Positions 22,893-33,437 of a stretch of 64,000 bases of DNA are shown piece after piece. Position numbers and translations under genes: made by a program. Under the pieces are notes generated by a model that worked only from the letters and a program-made list of their open reading frames with translations, did not search any database and was not told the DNA's origin. Each line of letters starts with the position of its first letter. Position 1 is the first letter of the stretch. The stretch is from Escherichia coli. GTDB taxonomy: Bacteria; Pseudomonadota; Gammaproteobacteria; Enterobacterales; Enterobacteriaceae. The stretch is taken from the NCBI RefSeq assembly GCF_024502345.1, contig NZ_JALDNN010000001.1, one strand, 5' to 3'.

Positions 22893-23367
22893 CCAGCAAA
22901 TCCGGTAATTTATCCCCTGCCCGCGCACACTGATTTGCGCCCTTCGCAATAAGGGTTTTCAGATGGTCAAGATGACGTGGCGTTAAATCCGGGAACTGTC
23001 GCTGCATGGATAACGGAATAGAATCAAGCGTACTGGACAATGCCATCGCCAGCTTGCTGAGGGCGAAAACGCAGAAGTCTGAATCGATGAGCTTACCTTC
23101 GGTTACCTGATTTTTAAGTTTTTGAGCTACGGCCTGTTCTTCTGTCAGTTCAGCTCTGGCCCGAAGCAGCCTTTCCTCCAGATCGCCCCCGTCATCAGGT
23201 GTTCTATGATTGTGTTGTCGCCGCTCGCGATCTATCTCCAGTACAGTTTTAACGTCATAAAAAACTTCCCTCCCCCGACGCTCGACAGGAGGAACGCCCC
23301 ATTTATCAAATGCCTGAACAGAGATACCGATGGAGGAGGCCATATCACTTTTATTCAATAAAAAGGC
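22864..23367 (-). CDS. Terminase small subunit (lambda Nu1-like, NohA/NohQ-type)
   Basis: MAFLLNKSDMASSIGISVQAFDKWG...LPLSMQRQFPDL...LDEYI resembles Nu1. Confidence 0.8.
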   Translation of the reverse strand, partial: AFLLNKSDMASSIGISVQAFDKWGVPPVERRGREVFYDVKTVLEIDRERRQHNHRTPDDGGDLEERLLRARAELTEEQAVAQKLKNQVTEGKLIDSDFCVFALSKLAMALSSTLDSIPLSMQRQFPDLTPRHLDHLKTLIAKGANQCARAGDKLPDLLDEYIRATTE

Positions 23368-23797
23368 CATCTCCTCTCCATAAGTCATCGATAAAAAGCG
23401 ATACAACAACCATGTGTTTTTACAAAACCATTTGATATCATTTAATTTTTTCACATTAATGACATCAAAGCACATCGTAAGGTTGTTGTATTTATTTTAT
23501 TTTCACCTTACTTATCAATTAGATATACCAAACAATTAAACAACAACCACCCCCTCAAAAAATCTCATAAATAGCGAAAAACCGCGAGGTCGCCGCCCCG
23601 TAACCTGTCGGATCGCCGGAAAGGACCCACAAAATGATAATAATTATCATCTACATATCACAACGTGCGTGTACGCCATCAAACCACGTCAAATAATCAA
23701 TTATGACGCAGGTATCGTATTAATTGATCCGCATCAACTTAACGTAAAAACAACTTCAGACAATACAAATCAGCGACACAGAATACGGGACAACCTC

Positions 23798-23989
23798 ATG
23801 TCAACGAAGAACAGAACCCGCAGAACAACAACCCGCAACATCCGCTTTCCTAACCAAATGATTGAACAAATTAACATCGCTCTTGATCAAAAAGGGTCCG
23901 GGAATTTCTCAGCCTGGGTCATTGAAGCCTGCCGTCGGAGACTAACGTCAGAAAAGAGAGCATCTACATCAATCAAAAGTGATGAATAA
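23798..23989 (+). CDS. YlcI/YnfO-family small prophage protein (DUF3950-like)
   Basis: MSTKNRTRRTTTRNIRFPNQMIEQINIALDQKGSGNFSAWVIEACRRRL; divergent from Nu1 as in DLP12/Qin. Confidence 0.65.
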   Translation: MSTKNRTRRTTTRNIRFPNQMIEQINIALDQKGSGNFSAWVIEACRRRLTSEKRASTSIKSDE

Positions 23990-24242
23990 TGAATATCCCG
24001 GTTTCTTTACCTCCCCTCCCACCCCGCACAGGACTGGCGAACGTGTGGGACAAATATGTGAGTCATAAACGCCTTATCTTCAGAAATGCAGTTGGCATCC
24101 GAACAGGACGATATTGTAACTTCACCTAATTACGAGGCATTGCAGTAGTTGAATTGTAGTTCTGTATTAGCCTGACAGTGACAGAATGCGATATTGACTC
24201 TGTCACAGGTGAAATAGTTTGAATGGTTAGCAGTTATGGCGA

Positions 24243-24449
24243 TCAGTCAACCACCAGGGAATAATCCTTCGAATTCTTATCGTGCTTCACCAACGCTGCC
24301 TCAATTGCCCTGAATGCTTCCAGAGACACTTGATGTTCTATACATGCAATTACAACATCCGGATAACTCATAGAAATGGTGCTAGTGAGCATAGTTTTTA
24401 CACGGACCTGATCCAAGGATGAGTCATCAGTGTATTGATCTTTATGCAT
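24243..24449 (-). CDS. Hypothetical prophage protein
   Basis: 68-aa ORF in the position of ydfO-like genes; no motif recognised. Confidence 0.3.
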   Translation of the reverse strand: MHKDQYTDDSSLDQVRVKTMLTSTISMSYPDVVIACIEHQVSLEAFRAIEAALVKHDKNSKDYSLVVD

Positions 24450-24744
24450 TTTGTCGCTCCATGCGTTTGCTCTTCACTTGCGGCTAAAAATATAACGTCA
24501 AATCACTCAGCATGAAAGTGTGAAAGTTTCAGCGCGTTTCCCTTACATAATCTGTCGTTTGTATTCTCTCCAGGCATACCGGAAAGACTAGGTATTGTCA
24601 CACAACCAATACCACCGACTATCGAGATTTATATCTATTCGGTAATGTTTAAATATAAAAAAACCCCGTAAAAACGAGGTTTATGGGTAAATTGTATTGT
24701 TGAATAGCATCTGATAAGAAATTGATGCTAATACTATAAACACA

Positions 24745-24918
24745 CTAGATTAAATCAATCTTGATATCATAGCTTTCAAGACCAGTCATTTTTTCCCGTG
24801 CAGTAAACTGGATACTGGTAACTTCTTTCCCGGTCTTTTTCTTAAGCTCAATAATTTTTTTTGTTATATATTCAGAAATATCTGCTTCTGTTTTTGTTTT
24901 TAACTCTTCAATGTTCAT
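24745..24918 (-). CDS. gnsB: GnsA/GnsB-family protein
   Basis: MNIEELKTKTEADISEYITKKIIELKKKTGKEVTSIQFTAREKMTGLESYDIKI resembles GnsB. Confidence 0.75.
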   Translation of the reverse strand: MNIEELKTKTEADISEYITKKIIELKKKTGKEVTSIQFTAREKMTGLESYDIKIDLI

Positions 24919-25090
24919 CATTTCCTCTTTTAGTCTGTTATGACTTTCCTGGTACACAGTAGTGTCAATTATATGGAGCAAACGTATAAAAGATAAGATG
25001 AAACATCGCAATAATCAACATACGACAGTCTAAATTTCGCACAAACAGATAAAGATGATTATCCTTTATTATCAAGGCATTAGAATGAAA

Positions 25091-25360
25091 TCAATTCAAG
25101 AGTCTCATTGCTGCTTCCAGAATTTCTTCTGAAGTTACATGTCGATCCGCTGCTACATAAATGACTTTATGATCTCCGGTCAGAGATGGAAACCCTGCAG
25201 CCATTACAGTGAGATGTGTTGTTTCGCCATTTGGATATTCACGCATGATGGTGTTAACTCCGGTCATCACTGGCACTACCATTGCTGGTTCAGAGTTAAA
25301 AAAAACTATTATTTTTTTCATGATGTTACCGTAATATGTGAGTATCCATCGACTAGACAC
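25091..25360 (-). CDS. Hypothetical prophage protein (ynfN position)
   Basis: ORF between the gnsB-like and csp-like genes; identity uncertain. Confidence 0.35.
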   Translation of the reverse strand: MSSRWILTYYGNIMKKIIVFFNSEPAMVVPVMTGVNTIMREYPNGETTHLTVMAAGFPSLTGDHKVIYVAADRHVTSEEILEAAMRLLN

Positions 25361-25592
25361 TAAGCAAAAAAGCTCCCGAAGGAGCCTTCATTTTCACTTT
25401 CTTAAATCTAACGACAGACGGCTAACATTTAAGTATTGTGAAATATTATCAAATGTAATCATCATTGATTTACAAAAGATACATTTTGCCCCGAAAGGAT
25501 TCCTGTCAGAAACATCAAAAGATGATGTTCTATACTGAGAACCATGGCAACACGGGCATCTAAAGTGAATATGGTTTGTAATATTTTCTACC

Positions 25593-25805
25593 TCAAAGTG
25601 CCACTACATGAACAGCCGCGGGGCCTTTAGGTCCGTTCTCAATACCAAATTCGACTTGCTGATTCTCAGTTAACGTTTTGAAATCGTTGCTCTGAATAGC
25701 TGAGAAATGGACAAACACATCTTTGCTACCATCTTTCGGCGTGATGAAACCAAAACCTTTTTCAGGGTTAAACCATTTCACTAAACCAGTCATTTTGTTA
25801 GACAT
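25593..25805 (-). CDS. cspI: Cold-shock protein (CspA family), prophage copy
   Basis: [38 protein letters not shown]... RNP1/RNP2 motifs; the paralog name is a guess from Qin gene order. Confidence 0.8.
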   Translation of the reverse strand: MSNKMTGLVKWFNPEKGFGFITPKDGSKDVFVHFSAIQSNDFKTLTENQQVEFGIENGPKGPAAVHVVAL

Positions 25806-26174
25806 CATTATTACCTTTTGAAGAAGTGAGCCCTTGGGCAGAATGGTCCGAAAAAAAATATCAGAGAGAAAAACCAACAAGGAAATCTCAAGAGGTACAA
25901 ATAATAAAATTATAACAATGACTGCTTCAGATAATTTTGTAACAAACCAGAACACCATTAACGCATGATTAACCAACCATAGCAAGGATTACTTTTGTAA
26001 AGAAAAACACACGAATGAAACAATAGCTTTATTTATTAATAAAACGTGTCATTCTGTCTAATGACCTTTTATCTTACCCTTAAGATTTCAAGGATTTTGA
26101 CTCATGGAAGAGTCCTTTTTATTTAAATTTCACATTCAGCGCTAAAAATAATCCGATTTAATGTTAATCTACAT

Positions 26175-27196
<1,022 letters not shown>

Positions 27197-27301
27197 GGAT
27201 ATTTATCAGGATTTATCGGTTTCTGAACCCTGGATATGTTTATCTGTCCCGGCCTGTTGAATCAGGCGGGGAAAAGGTAAAGACAATCAAGAGGATTATT
27301 T

Positions 27302-27574
27302 ATGGACAATAACACCATTTCTCTACAGGAGTTGCTCGACTGCATTTCAAAGCTTCGGGATGATGTAAATGCCCTCACTGTTGCATTTTCATATTTGGCC
27401 TTATCAATTCCCAGAGAACAAATGCAACCAACACTGGCATCGCTCCTGCTTGAATCACGCAACCCCAAATGGTCCCAGGAACAACAAAATTCTTTCAAGT
27501 GGCTGGCGGCATTACTGGAAGAAAAATATGCTGGTAAAATTACCATTTCGGTGGAGTCTTCAGAGAATCAGTAA
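27302..27574 (+). CDS. Hypothetical 90-aa protein on the strand opposite to the lysis cassette
   Basis: ORF fills the gap between endolysin and ydfR-like gene; hydrophilic, helical-looking; no homolog recalled. Confidence 0.25.
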   Translation: MDNNTISLQELLDCISKLRDDVNALTVAFSYLALSIPREQMQPTLASLLLESRNPKWSQEQQNSFKWLAALLEEKYAGKITISVESSENQ

Positions 27575-27884
27575 TTCTTCCTGGTAGCTTTCCTTTGTAG
27601 GTTATCCACACATTCTGCGCCTCTAAAATTACGGGGCGCTTTTCCGGCGACTGCTCATCCCCTTCACATAACCCGGCTGCAACTTCCAGGAAGACCTGTC
27701 TGATGCTCCTTCTGGCTGCTGCCTCATAAAACTCCAGCGCGGCACCTTCAACACGGTCCAGCGAGATGTCCAGGTCAAAAATTTCACCGTCAAAGCGTTT
27801 TTTGTCCCTTAATGCTACAGTTACCGCAACTTTATTCTCAAAATTGCGGATCCCTTTCACAATCAGTTCATAGTTTTGTGTCAT
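27540..27884 (-). CDS. YdfR-like prophage protein (DUF1327)
   Basis: Sits between holin and endolysin as ydfR does in Qin. Confidence 0.6.
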   Translation of the reverse strand: MTQNYELIVKGIRNFENKVAVTVALRDKKRFDGEIFDLDISLDRVEGAALEFYEAAARRSIRQVFLEVAAGLCEGDEQSPEKRPVILEAQNVWITYKGKLPGRITDSLKTPPKW

Positions 27885-27888
27885 TGAA

Positions 27889-28104
27889 TTACTCTCCCCG
27901 TGCAACCTTACGCTTGTCTTCTTTAATCTTGAAATAAAGGTTTGTCAGGTACGTCAGCAAGCCAAATACCAGACTACCCAGCACACCGATTGCAGCCCAC
28001 TGTGACGGAGTTACTTTATCGAGTAACTGCAATGCCCAGAAACCAGCATTACCAGCCGATGTGCCATAGGCGATACCTGTTGTTAACTTATCCATTGATT
28101 TCAT
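27889..28104 (-). CDS. Holin (phage 21 S / EssQ-like)
   Basis: 71 aa with TM segments WALQLL...[15 protein letters not shown] and a charged C-terminus. Confidence 0.8.
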   Translation of the reverse strand: MKSMDKLTTGIAYGTSAGNAGFWALQLLDKVTPSQWAAIGVLGSLVFGLLTYLTNLYFKIKEDKRKVARGE

Positions 28105-28322
28105 ATCCTCACCCCGATGTACACAGATGGTGCAATATGTTTGAAAAGATCGGAGTCTATGGGGTAGTTTTTATAGCAAACGTTGTTCTCAACGGCGCTA
28201 AAAAACAGACACATTAAAAATGTGGGTAATTATTTTAAAAGAAAATCATATATTAAATAATAATACGAGATATGTTTTCATATTTAGTGTACTGTATACG
28301 GCCATTTATACAGGAAAAGCCT

Positions 28323-28493
28323 ATGTCAGAACGTAAAGACTCAAAATCACGCCGTAATTATCTCGTTAAATGTTCCTGCCCAAACTGCACCCAAGAGTCA
28401 GAACACAGTTTTTCAAGAGTACAAAAAGGTGCCCTTTTGATCTGCCCTCATTGCAACAAAGTATTCCAGACAAATCTTAAAGCTGTAGCTTGA
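28323..28493 (+). CDS. Small zinc-ribbon protein (CxxC...CxxC)
   Basis: MSERKDSKSRRNYLVKCSCPNCTQESEHSFSRVQKGALLICPHCNKVF; AGGAAA RBS. Confidence 0.4.
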   Translation: MSERKDSKSRRNYLVKCSCPNCTQESEHSFSRVQKGALLICPHCNKVFQTNLKAVA

Positions 28494-28552
28494 TTGATTT
28501 TATTCGTAACAAGTATTTTTTATATTTTAATAACATATTTAAAGCAGATAAT

Positions 28553-28577
28553 AAAAAACCCGCCTGAGCGGGTTTAA
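28553..28577. terminator. Hairpin ACCCGC-CTGA-GCGGGT with flanking A/T runs
   Basis: Perfect 6-bp stem with T-run on the minus strand. Confidence 0.5.
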
Positions 28578-28856
28578 TATTGTGGTACTTTTTGTGGGAG
28601 TCATCCACTTACGCACTTTGTTTTGCTATGCCAGCAGTTAGCTTCTGCTGTAAAACTATTCATGCAGCAAACCTGCACTTCACCACAATGGTTAGCATAC
28701 TTTTCCTGATTAAGTTATTGCCAAATATGCTGGCCATTGTTTCATGTATTGGACCTCCTTACTCTTTATTAAAGAGATCCAATATTCACCACTCTGTCTG
28801 TATCTCCACTCAGGCATCAGCCTTCTTCGTTATCGTATACAGACAAACTATGAATT

Positions 28857-29072
28857 TTAATCAGTAATTATGACATTTGCTGCTGCAGGACCTTTAGCAC
28901 CACTCTCTACAGAGAAGGTAACCTTTTGACCTTCAAATAAGATTCGATAATTATCATTCTGAATCGCAGAAAAATGCACAAACACATCTTTACTACCATC
29001 AACAGGAGAAATAAAGCCAAAACCTTTATCAGCGTTAAACCATTTTACTAAACCAGTCATTTTATTTGACAT
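28857..29072 (-). CDS. cspB: Cold-shock protein (CspB-like)
   Basis: [38 protein letters not shown]... Confidence 0.85.
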   Translation of the reverse strand: MSNKMTGLVKWFNADKGFGFISPVDGSKDVFVHFSAIQNDNYRILFEGQKVTFSVESGAKGPAAANVIITD

Positions 29073-29372
29073 TCTACATTCCTTAACTTGAGCCTTTCGG
29101 CATAAATGGCTTGTATAACAGAAACGACTTCGTACTTAATTGGAGAGACTCAAAGAAGGAATAAGTGAATAACACCTGAAATGAGAACTGCTTTAGTAAA
29201 CTACTTCGTATATCGTCTGTTCTTCAAACCGACGCAATCATTAACGCATAGTTGAACATATGAAGCAATGTTTATTTTAGACATCCAGCCATCTTCAACC
29301 CCATCAAAAAACTATAGCTTTCTTCAGGAACGTGTGTATAGTGCGCCAAGTTATCAGTATTAAGGAATTTTT

Positions 29373-29585
29373 TTGTCCCGTAAAATGACAGGAATTCTCA
29401 AAACCTTTGACGGCAAAAGCGGCAAAGGTCTTATAACCCCATCCGATGGTCGTATCGATGTCCAGCTTCATGTTTCAGCGCTCAATCTCCGCGATGCAGA
29501 AGAAATTACCACCGGATTACGCGTGGAATTTTGCCGGATAAATGGTCTGCGTGGACCATCAGCTGCCAATGTTTACCTTTCATGA
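29373..29585 (+). CDS. cspF: Cold-shock-like protein (CspF/CspH-like)
   Basis: [39 protein letters not shown]... Confidence 0.8.
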   Translation: MSRKMTGILKTFDGKSGKGLITPSDGRIDVQLHVSALNLRDAEEITTGLRVEFCRINGLRGPSAANVYLS

Positions 29586-29880
29586 GCTATATTAAAGCTT
29601 TAACTTCAAGCCCCATCGAATCAAACATGGAGAGTTTTCATGAATAAACCCGTCTGTCTTGATGACTGGTTGATTGGCTTTAAAAGCTTATGCTGTACTT
29701 TGACCTTAATAGCTCTGCTAATAATGTAATAAGCAGACTCATTGTATCTATGGACATTGTACTGGAAGAAAACATTTTAAACATCAGGCAAAAAACAAAG
29801 TCACCCGATAAATAATAAGTAAACTAACATGAATCCCGTAATGAGATTCAACATCTCTATTACCCTATTTAAAGCACAAA

Positions 29881-29905
29881 AACCCGCTCATCAGCGGGTT
29901 TTCTA
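29881..29905. terminator. Candidate late-operon terminator (tR'-like) downstream of Q
   Basis: CCCGCT-CATC-AGCGGG stem with T-runs on both strands, ~110 bp past the Q stop. Confidence 0.5.
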
Positions 29906-30007
29906 CTTTTTCTTAACTTCGGGTATACAAAGCCCATCGTTGAAAAAATTTTATCCATATTTTTTGAAAAATGCAAGCATCACGTCGCCATCTTCGGCGA
30001 AAATCAC

Positions 30008-30760
30008 TTATCTCGTCACCTTTCTCAATTGTGCTTCAGCGTAAGATTCCTCCTGCCAGCACTTTGTAACCAGTTTATCAATGACATTTGCATATCCTTT
30101 ATACCACTGATAATCACTCAGGTCCGGTACCAGCTTCTGGACATGATGCCGCGCCAGTGTGGTTGGTAAACGACTAAACCGTTTTCCATTGCAACGCCCA
30201 CAAATCTTATAAACAGGTGTGCCATGAAGCCGGGTCCTTTTTTCATCCAAGACAATACCTTTACCCTTACACCCTCTGCACGCTGTGCTGACTTCTCCCT
30301 TACCATGGCAATGCTGACATAGTTCCTTCACCCACTCTTCTTTGATAACAGATTCCCCGCTTCTGGAGTGTTTCACCACTTCGCGCAATACATTATGAAA
30401 TCCAGTACCAGCACAATGCTCACAACGAGCCTTACTTGCCGCAGACCTGGAATAATCAGCAAAGGCAAAATTCACAAGGTAAGGAATAATCTGTAGCCGG
30501 GTTTCTTCACTCAATTTATTCAATGTCGGGTTATCCAGTGCCATCGCGTAATTGAGCAGACCTTCAATCGCAAACTGAGGATCCTGAACACCAACTTTTG
30601 CCAGGAATAAGGCAAACCCAAGCGGTGCTTTCGACTGCACCATCCCCTGCGCAGCCATCACATCCGTAATCGTTAAACCACCAGAGCCTGTCGCCGGTGC
30701 GTCATCACTCAATTTTGGAGATTTTGGGGAGTAATATTTTGGTAAGGCTTCAAGGTTCAT
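30008..30760 (-). CDS. Late-gene antiterminator Q (QuuQ/phage 82 Q-like)
   Basis: 250 aa with Cys clusters CEHCAGTG, CQHCHGKG, CRGCKGKG, CGRCNG. Confidence 0.8.
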   Translation of the reverse strand: MNLEALPKYYSPKSPKLSDDAPATGSGGLTITDVMAAQGMVQSKAPLGFALFLAKVGVQDPQFAIEGLLNYAMALDNPTLNKLSEETRLQIIPYLVNFAFADYSRSAASKARCEHCAGTGFHNVLREVVKHSRSGESVIKEEWVKELCQHCHGKGEVSTACRGCKGKGIVLDEKRTRLHGTPVYKICGRCNGKRFSRLPTTLARHHVQKLVPDLSDYQWYKGYANVIDKLVTKCWQEESYAEAQLRKVTR

Positions 30761-30820
30761 GCTCGTTCTCCACTTACGCCAGTACGCCTATTGCCAGCGC
30801 ACGATCGATAAAACGAAATA

Positions 30821-31171
30821 TCAGCTCCAGCTGGGAGCCATACTTCTCTTCAAATGCCACGGTAAACGCTGGTTAATATCGGCATTGTCCACATCCTCGA
30901 CGTCAGGAAGAGACACAAAGACGCCATTTGCAGACTGCGCCACAGCGTCAGCAATGAAGTGAGTGCCACCAGCACGTTGTAAAATCATTGCCCATCCCAG
31001 CGGGAAAATCTGATCGCCATCGGCACGAAGGCGGTTAAATAATGCGTTCTCTGTTACATCCAGCCACTCAGCAGCTTCAGCGTACCCCACCGGCAACGCC
31101 GCGATAGTTTTTCTGACAGCTTTCACGTACCACTCAGGCTGTTTTTCCACTTTCCAGTGATGATTACCCAC
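30821..31171 (-). CDS. Phage regulatory protein, CII-like; possibly truncated
   Basis: 116-aa ORF overlapping the Cro-like gene stop and ending 60 bp before Q; no replication genes in between. Confidence 0.4.
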   Translation of the reverse strand: MGNHHWKVEKQPEWYVKAVRKTIAALPVGYAEAAEWLDVTENALFNRLRADGDQIFPLGWAMILQRAGGTHFIADAVAQSANGVFVSLPDVEDVDNADINQRLPWHLKRSMAPSWS

Positions 31172-31424
31172 GGCTTACCTCCTGTTCCTGTGGTTTAAAC
31201 CCATTCTGGTTTTGGCTAGATTGAAAACGTGCCGGATAAAGAATCTGCATTTCGCTGATTTCACCCTTAAAAAAATTGGCCAGACGTTCTGCAAGATCGA
31301 TAGATGGAATTTGTTCCAGTCTTTCAATACGACTCAGCGTCGCTGGATTGACCTGAACGCCAGCAGCAACATGCTGCAAAGTAAATCCGTGCGCCTTACG
31401 CACATTCCGTAATGGTGATTGCAT
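31164..31424 (-). CDS. Cro/antirepressor-like HTH protein
   Basis: HTH GFTLQHVAAGVQVNPATLSRIE; divergent from the cI-like repressor. Confidence 0.6.
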   Translation of the reverse strand: MQSPLRNVRKAHGFTLQHVAAGVQVNPATLSRIERLEQIPSIDLAERLANFFKGEISEMQILYPARFQSSQNQNGFKPQEQEVSRG

Positions 31425-31521
31425 ATGACCTCCACATATTGCGTGATGAGCATATTATTTCACGCAAATATTTTGCGCAAGTTGATTTGCTTAACGCGCA
31501 ATAAAGAAATGTAATAAACGC

Positions 31522-32214
31522 ATGAACATAGGAAACCGAGTCAGACAACTTCGCCAAGCGAAGAACATGAAAATCGCCGATCTCGCTGAAGCAATAGGAG
31601 TGGATGCGGCGAATATCTCACGCCTGGAAACAGGTAAGCAGAAACAATTCACTGAACAAGCCCTGAGTAATATTGCCAGGAGCTTAGGTGTTGATATTGC
31701 TGATCTCTTTACCTCAGACTTCAAAAGTAATACTGTATGTAAAAACAGTGTTAGTGAGGATGTTGCGCAGGTGAAGGATGTATTCCGTATTGAAATGCTG
31801 GATGTCAGTGCCAGTGCGGGAAATGGCCTTATCCAGGGCGGTGATGTCATTGATGTGATTCATGCCATTGAATACAGAACTGATAATGCTGTATCGATGT
31901 TTGGCGGACGGCCAGCCAATCACATTAAAGTTATCAACGTTCGTGGGGACAGTATGTGTCCAACCATTGAGCCAGGAGATCTCATCTTCGTTGATGTCAG
32001 TATCAATCAGTTTGATGGAGATGGTATCTATGTATTTGGTTTTGATGATAAAATTTATGTCAAACGACTGCAAATGATACCTGACAAACTACTGGTGATT
32101 TCTGATAACCAGATTTACCGTGAATGGGGAATTACCAGCGAAAATGAACACCGGTTTATGGTCTTTGGAAAGGTCTTAATCAGCCAGTCACAAACCCTTA
32201 AGCGACACAATTAA
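31522..32214 (+). CDS. CI-like repressor (HTH plus S24 LexA-type peptidase domain)
   Basis: N-terminal HTH IADLAEAIGVDAANISRLE; C-terminal GDSMCPTIEPGDLIFVD...VKRL Ser/Lys dyad. Confidence 0.85.
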   Translation: MNIGNRVRQLRQAKNMKIADLAEAIGVDAANISRLETGKQKQFTEQALSNIARSLGVDIADLFTSDFKSNTVCKNSVSEDVAQVKDVFRIEMLDVSASAGNGLIQGGDVIDVIHAIEYRTDNAVSMFGGRPANHIKVINVRGDSMCPTIEPGDLIFVDVSINQFDGDGIYVFGFDDKIYVKRLQMIPDKLLVISDNQIYREWGITSENEHRFMVFGKVLISQSQTLKRHN

Positions 32215-32234
32215 CCCTTACCTCCTCATCAATT

Positions 32235-32256
32235 AGCCACCCAAAGGTGGCTTTTC
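32235..32256 (+). terminator. Rho-independent terminator after cI
   Basis: AGCCACC-CAAA-GGTGGCT stem followed by TTTT. Confidence 0.65.
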
Positions 32257-32649
32257 ATTACCCTTTAAATTGCATATCTCGCAACAAAAACACTTGCATA
32301 ATGCGCAACTTCATTTTATCTTTCTTTCCAGACAAACAAACAAGGTACTAACAAAATTTGGTTGTAACACGGCGTATGGCACATGCGTCGTTAGCGGTCT
32401 GGGGACGTTAAAGGGGACAATCCACTCCTTGCTCGGGCAAACAAACCAGGTAGCCGGAATGTGCAAGTCAATGATGATGCTGATAAGACGCCTAACCAGC
32501 GTGGCGATTCGGTTTGACGCCTGGGAAGAGACCAGGGTGCAACGATGAGGGCATTTATGGAGCCGCGACAAAGTGTGGTGCCGTAACTGGCTAAGTGCTC
32601 TCAGCGTTGTGGTAATCCGCGAAATGGCGCGGCGGTAAGTATGGCGGGG

Positions 32650-33255
32650 TTACTCTTTCCCCGTTGAGGACACCGGATTGTCAGGTTGACCATACGCCTG
32701 AGTGACAACAACCAGACGATTCAGGGCAGTATCATCCGCCTTTTCCGGTAACAGCCCATGCAGGTATACAAGTCCATCCCAGCGGCTGTTTTTTGGAATT
32801 GGCAGCATCGGCGCTACATAGGCCTGAAAAGCCTGGCCTGTACGTTTAGCTGCCACATGAAAGAGACGGTCAAAGTTGGTAGTGACCAATCGAAGGGCAC
32901 CCTCGCGGCTACGGGCTAAACGTAACAGCGCCGCCTGAGTATCAATAGCGCCCCTACGACGGAACTTTGGCTTAAGGGCTTTTTCCAACGCGCGTCGGAC
33001 GGCTATACGCTGCCCTGGTAAGCGCCGTTCCAGCAAATCTAATGTGCCGTCAAATTGCCCACGCTCGAAAACCTCACGCTCAATTTCTGAAAGTGTTGTT
33101 CCGTTCCTCTGGTAAATTAGTTCTACCAACCCTTTGAAACCAGGTAAACCAGCAGGGTAGGAAATGCCTGCTCCACAGAAGAACACAACGCGCCCTTCCT
33201 CGTGCGCCTGCAAAAGCTCATCAGGAATATCAGGGCCGTTGGTAATGAATTGCAT
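32650..33255 (-). CDS. SIR2-like domain protein (short, 201 aa)
   Basis: VVFFCGAGISYPAGLPGFKGL (Rossmann GAG), VTTNFDRLF, LVYLHGLL match SIR2_2-type motifs as I recall them. Confidence 0.55.
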   Translation of the reverse strand: MQFITNGPDIPDELLQAHEEGRVVFFCGAGISYPAGLPGFKGLVELIYQRNGTTLSEIEREVFERGQFDGTLDLLERRLPGQRIAVRRALEKALKPKFRRRGAIDTQAALLRLARSREGALRLVTTNFDRLFHVAAKRTGQAFQAYVAPMLPIPKNSRWDGLVYLHGLLPEKADDTALNRLVVVTQAYGQPDNPVSSTGKE

Positions 33256-33437
33256 TCCTTTTCCTCCTATCCAATGTGCACGTTCATTCGAGTAAATGAA
33301 GGCAAGGGGTTACATCTTATTATACCGACCGTGCAAATCCGGCTTCCTAGCAAGCTACTTTACTTGCCAACTCATAATGTCCGAACTCCGAACAAAGCGG
33401 ACTGCTAGATTTGATTGCGTTCTAGCTACGCAAAATA

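Noticed and set aside
23987-24130. 46-codon ORF (MNIPVSLPPLPPRTG...) overlapping the ynfO-like stop
   Set aside because: Pro/Arg-rich low-complexity translation, no RBS, no recognisable fold.
24640-24680. Hairpin-like CCCCGTAAAAACGAGG downstream of the gnsB-like gene as a terminator
   Set aside because: Stem is imperfect and short; not confident enough to list.
32311-32571. 86-aa ORF continuing in frame after the SIR2-like stop (possible nonsense-truncated longer SIR2 gene)
   Set aside because: Continuation is Arg/His/Cys-rich and not domain-like; cannot support a simple read-through pseudogene.
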